Below are positions 18,084 to 25,102 of a DNA stretch of 32,000 bases, piece after piece. The notes under the pieces are model-generated. The model ran no database searches and had not been told where the DNA came from. It saw nothing but the letters and a program-made list of their open reading frames with translations. Source of the DNA: Candidatus Hermodarchaeota archaeon (GTDB taxonomy: Archaea; Asgardarchaeota; Heimdallarchaeia; Hodarchaeales; Hodarchaeaceae); contig JBHLKY010000008.1 in NCBI GenBank assembly GCA_048886185.1, forward strand, positions 60,001-92,000, given 5' to 3'. Each line of letters opens with the position of its first letter. Position 1 is the stretch's first letter. Made by a program: the position numbers and the translations under genes.

Positions 18084-19088
18084 TTAATTCTTTGCCATGG
18101 TACTAATATAGGTGATCTGAAGATCTTCCATCTCTGTAAGTTTTGGTCTAATTGGATCTCTTAATCGTATCAGTCGTTTAACCGATCCAGGAACGCTTCC
18201 ACGAAGAATACAATGTTTTCCAACTTTTCCATATCTTTTGAACCCACTTACAGGAGTAACTTCCTCGCCATCTTCACCTATTTTGAGAATTTGTTTATTA
18301 TATTCTGTTCGGGCAAAATAACCTAGCTGACCAGCTCGGGGGACTGTCCACATTACTCGAGCAGGATGCCAGGGGCCAATACATCCAACTACTCGTCGGC
18401 CCTTTCGTTTTTTTCGAGGGAGAATTTTAACTCCATGTCGCTTAACTGGTCCTGCAAAACCTTTCCCTTTTGTTGTGGCAATTACATCAATAAAATCACT
18501 AGGTTTGTAAACATCTTCAATAGAAATTTTACGATCTAAAATATCTACTGCATAATTAAATGCCTCACTAATTGCACCTCCCACTTTAATTTCCAAAATA
18601 TCAGGAACCTTTTGTGAAAAGCCAGCCTCTTTAGGAGTAGTATGAGCTAATACGCGAATTTCTTTTACTTCATCAAGGTTTTTTCGCACATCAGTGATTT
18701 GTTGAACCTTGTTCCCTTTTTCTTTAGGAATTTTTATACGCAAACTTAGATCTTTCTCAATGTTATCTCCCCATATTTGGGTCATAACTTGAAGTTTCTT
18801 TGTAATTCTATCTCCTTTATAAATCCGTATTCCAAAAATGGCTATTGGTGGTGTTTCAAGTACAGTTACAGGTACAAATTGTTCTTGTTTAAAGAATGGG
18901 GATCTTCTATCAGTGTTAACCATTGCTAGATGTGTCATTCCAGCTTTATACCCAGCATATCCTAACAATTTTGGAGACGAATCTGTTGATTCTGGCCATG
19001 TCCTCCATCGTGCTGTGTGTCTTCTTGCTTTTTTCCTTCTATATCCTAGAGAACCCCGATGGGGAGCATGTTTTTTCCTATGACCCAT
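18084..19088 (-). CDS. rpl3: 50S ribosomal protein uL3
   Basis: MGHRK.HAP.RGSLG, GYKAGMTH, PVTVLETPP, TKGKGFAGPVKRHG, GCIGPWHP.RV..TVPRAGQLG, GSVPG..KRLI.LR.PIR. Confidence 0.98.
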   Translation of the reverse strand: MGHRKKHAPHRGSLGYRRKKARRHTARWRTWPESTDSSPKLLGYAGYKAGMTHLAMVNTDRRSPFFKQEQFVPVTVLETPPIAIFGIRIYKGDRITKKLQVMTQIWGDNIEKDLSLRIKIPKEKGNKVQQITDVRKNLDEVKEIRVLAHTTPKEAGFSQKVPDILEIKVGGAISEAFNYAVDILDRKISIEDVYKPSDFIDVIATTKGKGFAGPVKRHGVKILPRKKRKGRRVVGCIGPWHPARVMWTVPRAGQLGYFARTEYNKQILKIGEDGEEVTPVSGFKRYGKVGKHCILRGSVPGSVKRLIRLRDPIRPKLTEMEDLQITYISTMAKN

Positions 19089-19556
19089 ACTTACAGCCTC
19101 CTGGTAATTTTTTAGTATAAATGAGCTCTAGCAAACAGAATTGTTTGTGATGTTTAGTACACGTCGTTGTCGTCAGTTTTCGATAACTGATTTAAATCCT
19201 ACGTACTCTTTTGTTCATTCCTCGTGACTTTGAATATATATGCTATAATGTCATTTGAGGAAAAATCCTTGAAAGGCATTATTTCTATTTGATTTCTTTA
19301 TGAAATCATCAATATAACAAAAATTGATATTGTATAACTGTTCATAGACGTTATACTTCTTAGTTTATTATTATTTTGACAATTATTCTTTTTACATTGA
19401 AAATTTTGACGAATATCGTATATCTGACAGTATTTAACTTAAATAGCAAAAGAAACTACGGCTGGACACGAGGGCTCTGATTGTATAAATGGTGAAGAGA
19501 GCCCGAAAATAGGCTATAATAAAATTGATAACTTATATGGGTGGTAAGTAATCAAT

Positions 19557-20195
19557 ATGGCTGATAACCTCGATTCAATGGATGACGAAATTTCTGTTCC
19601 TTTAGTATATTTTGATATGGAAGGTTCATCGATAACGATCAAAGATCGTATTGCCCATGAAATCTTCGACAATGGCTATTTTGGTCAATGGACTTCAGAG
19701 GATTCTCTTGTCCTAGAGCCAGAAGAAATTCTTCTCCTTATGGATCGAAAAAGAATAGAAATCTTGAACTCCAAAACAAGTAGAAAAATCACCTCTTCCG
19801 AGATTGTAACTTATTTCACTAAAAAAAATAAAGATTTTTGGAGCCGGTACCTTGTTTACAAAGATCTTCGAAATAGAGGTTATGTTGTTCGTATGGGAAC
19901 CCAAATAACCGCACCTTTTCGAATCTATTCACGAGGAGGAAAACCGGGAGAGTCAATTAGCAAGAAGGTCATCTTTCCTCTTACAGAGGGAGAATTTCTT
20001 GATCTTGATTTTTTGGATCAATTAGTGAATCAATCAAAAATTGATAGGAAAATTTTATTACTCTCAGTAGTTGATCACCTTGGTGATGTTACCTACTATC
20101 AAGCATCACAGTTAGAACTAGAACCTAATGAGTTAGAATATGAATACCGCGATGAGCTTACCCCAAATAATGAAAATATTGAGGAGGAAAACTAA
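19557..20195 (+). CDS. tRNA-splicing endonuclease subunit, probably the non-catalytic structural (beta-type) subunit
   Basis: EndA fold motifs L.LEPEE.L.L, YLVYKDLRNRGYVV, FRIY.RG and RK.LL.SVVD..GDVTYY. The position of the catalytic His is occupied by Ile134, and the GxK(Y/F)G motif is replaced by GTQIT. Confidence 0.85.
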   Translation: MADNLDSMDDEISVPLVYFDMEGSSITIKDRIAHEIFDNGYFGQWTSEDSLVLEPEEILLLMDRKRIEILNSKTSRKITSSEIVTYFTKKNKDFWSRYLVYKDLRNRGYVVRMGTQITAPFRIYSRGGKPGESISKKVIFPLTEGEFLDLDFLDQLVNQSKIDRKILLLSVVDHLGDVTYYQASQLELEPNELEYEYRDELTPNNENIEEEN

Positions 20196-22084
20196 TGGAA
20201 GAGAGGAGATATTCATTAATCGCTGAAGACACTTTTTATATCCCTGATACATCAGCTATAATTAACGGGGGATTAAGAAATCTTCTCGATTCAAACAAAA
20301 TTGAATCTGACTCCAAGATAATTATTCATGCATCATTAATTGCTGAACTTGAACATCAAGCGAATATGGGTAGAGAAAGTGGCATTGAAGGATTGAATGA
20401 ACTGACGGAAATTCGTCGACGATGTGGTGAGTTGAATATTTTCTTAGAATATGGAGGACGAAGACCATATCTATCTGAGATAAAAAGAGCTCGATCAGGT
20501 GAAATTGATGCCATCATACGTGATTTTACTTTAAGTAAAGCTGGTATTCTTATCACATCAGACAAAATTCAACAACTTGTAGCAAAGTCAATCGGAATCA
20601 AGGTAATTTATATCCCAGAAAAAAAAACTCAGTATGAAAAAACTCTCACCATCGAAAAATATTTTGATCCAGAAACAATGAGTATTCATTTAAAACAAGG
20701 AGCCCCGGTTTATGTGAAACGGGGAACACCTGGAAACATTTTGTTTGAAAAATTTTCTGATGAAATACTCTCCAAAGAATCTCTAAAACAATTGGTGAAA
20801 GAAATTGTCGAGAAAGCTCAACTATTTGAGGATACTTTTATAGAAATTGAACGACAAGCTTCAACAATTGTACAATACAAGAATATTCGAATTGTCATTT
20901 GTAAACCTCCTTTTGCCGATGGCTGGGAAATTACTGCAGTTCGTCCCCTAGTAAATCTAGCAATTGAAGATTATCATCTTAGTTCAAGCCTTTACAAACG
21001 ATTGAAAAACAAAGCGGAAGGAATCCTCGTTGCTGGCAGTCCTGGAGCTGGAAAAACTACATTTACGAGAGCACTTGCACTTTTTTATCAAACAAAATCA
21101 AAGGTTATTAAAACCATTGAATCACCTCGTGATTTAGATCTAATGGTAGAAATTACACAGTATTCAAAGAATTTTGGAACTAGGTCTGAACTCCATGATA
21201 TTCTATTACTCTCTAGGCCAGACTACACGATCTTTGATGAAATAAGAGATACTGAGGATTTTAAACTATATACAGATCTTCGCATGGCGGGAATCGGTTT
21301 AGTTGGAGTAATTCATTCAAGTACTGCTATTGATGCCATACAACGTTTCATTGGGAGATTAGAATTAGGTATGATTCCAAGTGTTCTTGATACTATTATC
21401 TTTATTGAGGCTGGAAGAATTTCTCAAGTACTGGAGGTTAGGATGACAGTTAAAGTTCCTGAAGGTCTTGTTGTTAGTGATTTAGCTCGCCCTGTGGTGG
21501 AGGTACGAGATTTTGAGACTGGAAAAACAGCATATGAAATGTACACTTTTGGGGAGCAGACAGTTGTAATTCCACTTAAAGATGAGGATCTGTTTCCCAA
21601 AGTCGATGCTCGTGCTATTCAAGACATAACAGATGCTATAGAAAAACATACTAATCACCCTGTTGTTTTAATTCCAAAAGATCGATATGGAAGAAGATTT
21701 GAAATTCAATGTGCTCAGAATGATATTCCTGCGATTCTCGGAAGAGGAGGAGAAAACATTCATATGCTAGAAAGTAGATTCCAAATAAAATTAGATGTTA
21801 ACAAATCAGAAAAAAATTCGAGTGCATTTGACTATGCCATTCTGACAGATAATATGCTTTCTTTTCGAAAAAAATATCTTTATATAAACTTTCCAAAAAG
21901 AATGAGAAACAAGAATATTCAGTTCTTTAGTGAAAACAATCTATATAATAATAAAAAACCATTTTTTGAAGGTACAACATCCAGATCAGGGAAAATTAAG
22001 CTGTCAACCCATAATGAAGCATATATTATCTTCATGGAAAAACTAGAAACAAATCAAGAAAGAATTTACTGGAAACAGAGCTAA
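20195..22084 (+). CDS. PINc/VapC-family ATPase (PINA-like: PIN + P-loop ATPase + KH domain)
   Basis: PIN DTSAII...ELEHQAN.GRE.G..GL.EL, Walker A GSPGAGKTT, TIESPRDL, TIFDE, LVGVIHS, and KH GxxG (ILGRGGENI). Confidence 0.92.
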   Translation: MEERRYSLIAEDTFYIPDTSAIINGGLRNLLDSNKIESDSKIIIHASLIAELEHQANMGRESGIEGLNELTEIRRRCGELNIFLEYGGRRPYLSEIKRARSGEIDAIIRDFTLSKAGILITSDKIQQLVAKSIGIKVIYIPEKKTQYEKTLTIEKYFDPETMSIHLKQGAPVYVKRGTPGNILFEKFSDEILSKESLKQLVKEIVEKAQLFEDTFIEIERQASTIVQYKNIRIVICKPPFADGWEITAVRPLVNLAIEDYHLSSSLYKRLKNKAEGILVAGSPGAGKTTFTRALALFYQTKSKVIKTIESPRDLDLMVEITQYSKNFGTRSELHDILLLSRPDYTIFDEIRDTEDFKLYTDLRMAGIGLVGVIHSSTAIDAIQRFIGRLELGMIPSVLDTIIFIEAGRISQVLEVRMTVKVPEGLVVSDLARPVVEVRDFETGKTAYEMYTFGEQTVVIPLKDEDLFPKVDARAIQDITDAIEKHTNHPVVLIPKDRYGRRFEIQCAQNDIPAILGRGGENIHMLESRFQIKLDVNKSEKNSSAFDYAILTDNMLSFRKKYLYINFPKRMRNKNIQFFSENNLYNNKKPFFEGTTSRSGKIKLSTHNEAYIIFMEKLETNQERIYWKQS

Positions 22085-22100
22085 TAACTATTAAATCTCT

Positions 22101-22799
22101 TTAGAACTTGGTGATCCTCCCCGAATCATGCCCAACAATCACTTTGTCAGCTGTCCGACTGAACAACCCATTTTCAATAACTCCTGGAAACATATTAAGT
22201 TGTTTTTCTAGTGATTGAACTTCGTCAGGAGTGAGACAGTGATTACCCAAATCGATATCTACAATATAATTATGATTATCTGAAATTATTGGGCCAAGTT
22301 TACTTTTAGCTAAGCGTAAAGAAACTTTACCAAAAGATTCCAAGCGCTTTATGGTATGTTTCCACCCAAAAGGAAGAATTTCAACTGCAATAGGGAACAT
22401 TGGAAGTTGCGGGATTACTTTCTCAGCACTAACAACCAATATAAATTCAGCTGAAGCTTCTCTTAGTATTTTTTCCCTTGTTAATGCTCCTCCACCACCT
22501 TTAACACACTGTTTTTCTGGGTTAACTCTATCTGCTCCATCAATTGTAATATCTAATCCCTTTGAAGGCAGATCAATAATATTAAAATTTTTATTATCGA
22601 TATTTTGTAATTTAATAAGAGAATCTAAGGAAGAAGGTACAAGATTTAAATTATTAATGCCGCTTTCTGGAAGAAGATTTATCAACCATTGGATGGTCGT
22701 CCCACTTCCAATTCCAACGTTTTGATTAGGGGAAAGAAAATCGAGAGCTGCTCGTGCAGCTACAACTTTTGAGGTCTCTTTTAGATCCTTATTTGGTAT
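22101..22799 (-). CDS. rpiA: Ribose-5-phosphate isomerase A (true start upstream of the track call, probably ATA at 22799)
   Basis: DGAD, KGGGGALTREK, VEILPF, DN.NY and GVIENGLF motifs. The conserved N-terminus (K..AA.AALDF...VGIGSGTT) is encoded in frame at 22686-22799, upstream of the track's TTG. Confidence 0.9.
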   Translation of the reverse strand: MPNKDLKETSKVVAARAALDFLSPNQNVGIGSGTTIQWLINLLPESGINNLNLVPSSLDSLIKLQNIDNKNFNIIDLPSKGLDITIDGADRVNPEKQCVKGGGGALTREKILREASAEFILVVSAEKVIPQLPMFPIAVEILPFGWKHTIKRLESFGKVSLRLAKSKLGPIISDNHNYIVDIDLGNHCLTPDEVQSLEKQLNMFPGVIENGLFSRTADKVIVGHDSGRITKF

Positions 22800-22817
22800 T
22801 AATGATCCCTCTAAGGC

Positions 22818-24521
22818 CTATTCTTCCTTGAAAATTTCTCGAAGCCTTCGCAATTCCTTTAACATCTCTCCACGTAATTCAGCAATACTCGTTGATCTAG
22901 CATCTGCTATCAAATCAAGCGGGGAATCAGTTGAAGCTCCAGAAGCTGGTGGAGGAGGAGCTTGGGGAGTAGGAGCCGAGATAGGTACAGTACCTGGAGA
23001 TGGAGGAATAGGTGGAGGTGCACGGGATGGTGGGGGTGGTGGGACAGAAGGAGTTCTAGATGGTGCGGGAGGGGGTGCAGCTACTTCGGCAACAGAAGAA
23101 GGAACTGCTTTGACTGCTGGTGTAACTTCTGGGGTTTCCCCTAGTGCAACATCAAATAAGGCCTCTACTTCATCATCACCAGAAACAAGAGGCCCCGCTT
23201 TTTGAATTTTAGCCATTCTTGATTTAATTGTCTGATTCCGCTCTTGGTACAGTTTAATTATTGCCTCATATACTCTGGGGCGAAATTTATCTGCTCTGAC
23301 CGCTTCCTTGAACTGATTGACCATAGCTTCCTGGGATTCACTTAATATCTCCAGATAAGCTATCATCTCACTAGGAGTTGCTTCAATATCAGGTAACCGA
23401 TCAACACTTTCTAACAAAGCCTCTGGACCACTGATTTCCTCAGTTTCAAAGTACAGAATCGAACAAATGAATGAAAGGGAGGAAATTACAAGAATAATTC
23501 CATACATATAATAAATGTCCCAAGTCACCTCAAAAAGTGTATTTCCAAGGAGTTCTCCGACAACTGACGAAATTTCGGGTGATTCTGGTAGGACAAGAAC
23601 AGCAGAAATAATAATCGAGATTACTCCCAAAAAAAGTGTAATCAACCATATATATCGTAGCTTAGTAATAAATTCATTTGATTGTTTTGTACCCGCTAGA
23701 ATTGAGCACATTAAAATAAAAAGAAGACCACCATATGCCATGAAAGCATACCAATCAGTATTAAGAACCACTGATTGATCAATTATTTCAAAATACACTA
23801 GATATGATCCTATTAAAAGTACAAACCCAATTAGTGCAACTAGGATCCATATAAATCGTAATTTATGGAGAACTCTACCAAAATTTGTACTTGCTGTGAA
23901 CAGGATTGGTATTACTCCTAAATACAGCACTATTAAACCATTCAGAAAGAATATGTCCCAAGTAAAGCCAGGTAGGTCTAAATATCCCCCATAGATAATT
24001 AAACTTAAAATTTGTAGTGAAAGACCAACTAGTACAAATAACACGAAGAGGAATTTAAAATTCCATAATCGTTCACGATTTTCGACACCAAACAAAATTA
24101 ATGACAAACCAAATATTATTAGAATTGCTGCAATAACGAAATAATCAAACCAGGTGTGATATGGATCAAAAATAGATAAATAATCTCCATAGACTAGGTT
24201 TGAATATATCAACATCAAAAATCCAATTCCAACAAGCAAAAGAACATGAAAATATAATTTCTTAACGCTTTTCTTTCCCCTAGTGTCTAATACAGCCAGT
24301 GATGGGAATAAACCGACTATTGATAAGAAAAATCCAAAAGCAGTTAAGACACGATAATCAAGTCCATAAAATAATCGATTCCATCTTATAGGATCTGCAG
24401 CAGTATCTACTGAGGAGGCTACTCCTGTGAAATATAGCAGAGCAATGAATAGACTCAATACCCCAATACCAGCGATGGTGAGAAGTACTTTTGATGATCT
24501 TGTAACTGTTTTTCTCAACAA
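22818..24521 (-). CDS. Polytopic (~10 TM) membrane protein with cytoplasmic helical hairpin, polyproline tract and conserved C-terminal helix (paralog 1)
   Basis: Ten hydrophobic segments, a Pro-rich segment at about 22947-23078, and clear paralogy to 25103-26782. The likely start is the second TTG (24518), matching MRKTV and the GGAG spacing of the paralog. Confidence 0.85.
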   Translation of the reverse strand: MLRKTVTRSSKVLLTIAGIGVLSLFIALLYFTGVASSVDTAADPIRWNRLFYGLDYRVLTAFGFFLSIVGLFPSLAVLDTRGKKSVKKLYFHVLLLVGIGFLMLIYSNLVYGDYLSIFDPYHTWFDYFVIAAILIIFGLSLILFGVENRERLWNFKFLFVLFVLVGLSLQILSLIIYGGYLDLPGFTWDIFFLNGLIVLYLGVIPILFTASTNFGRVLHKLRFIWILVALIGFVLLIGSYLVYFEIIDQSVVLNTDWYAFMAYGGLLFILMCSILAGTKQSNEFITKLRYIWLITLFLGVISIIISAVLVLPESPEISSVVGELLGNTLFEVTWDIYYMYGIILVISSLSFICSILYFETEEISGPEALLESVDRLPDIEATPSEMIAYLEILSESQEAMVNQFKEAVRADKFRPRVYEAIIKLYQERNQTIKSRMAKIQKAGPLVSGDDEVEALFDVALGETPEVTPAVKAVPSSVAEVAAPPPAPSRTPSVPPPPPSRAPPPIPPSPGTVPISAPTPQAPPPPASGASTDSPLDLIADARSTSIAELRGEMLKELRRLREIFKEE

Positions 24522-24563
24522 AATGATCTCCTAATCATCAATATTATAAAACCCATTATTATG

Positions 24564-24600
24564 ATTATATCAAATGTTTACTTAAAAAGTCTAGTGAAAT
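24564..24600 (-). promoter_or_regulatory. Conserved upstream element of paralog 1 (TATA-like TTTTTAAG plus flanking motifs)
   Basis: The 20-bp + strand sequence cttaaaaagtctagtgaaat (24581-24600) and attatatcaaa (24564-24574) recur with identical spacing upstream of paralog 2. Confidence 0.65.
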
Positions 24601-25102
24601 TCTTTTTCTTCTTATAAATCAGGAATAAATAATGAAATTCTTCTTCTAAACGATCGGGGACGAAAATAAGTATATAATTATGAAATAAAAAAACGAGTTA
24701 ACTCTTTTGAGCTTGTTACTCCGTTTTCTAAATTCATTAAGAATATTTAGAGTCATGATTGGGCTTACAAAGATCATCAAAATAGTGTTATGATGTATCA
24801 ATGGGAACAAAAATTACCACACAGCCCCGATTTGATTCCTCAGAGATAGCAAGATTAATCGATGAACAAATCTAATACTTTTCCCACTCCCACAGGAAAT
24901 GAAATACATTGAAATTTTTTAAAATTTAGCAGTAAATTAACTAAAAATGGTGGAAGAAAACTGATACCCTCGCTTAAGATTGTTTAGTAAGTAATGTAAC
25001 CCTTTAAGCTTGATACAAAGTTTTCCTATTAGACTCAAGCCTGATGAATTGGTATGCGAATATCAGAACGAATTAGTAGTGAATAACAACTTTTTAAAGA
25101 AG

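Noticed and set aside
19147-19190. Possible box C/D sRNA (GTGATGT...CTGA), or an rpl3 leader hairpin (TCAGTT/AACTGA)
   Set aside because: Box C is imperfect, the C-to-D span is only 44 nt with no clear D'/C' boxes, and a 6-bp AT-rich stem is expected by chance.
22818-22820. Pyrrolysine or programmed amber read-through as the main route to RpiA
   Set aside because: Paralog 2 ends at the equivalent residue (IFKED-TAG) with no fused gene, so the stop looks genuine. No PYLIS-like structure or pyl genes were seen. It is kept only as a minor alternative.
22828-23205. Gly-rich + strand ORFs (22828-23205, 22962-23144)
   Set aside because: They are antisense shadows of the polyproline codons of the membrane protein; the Gly runs are the reverse complement of Pro codons.
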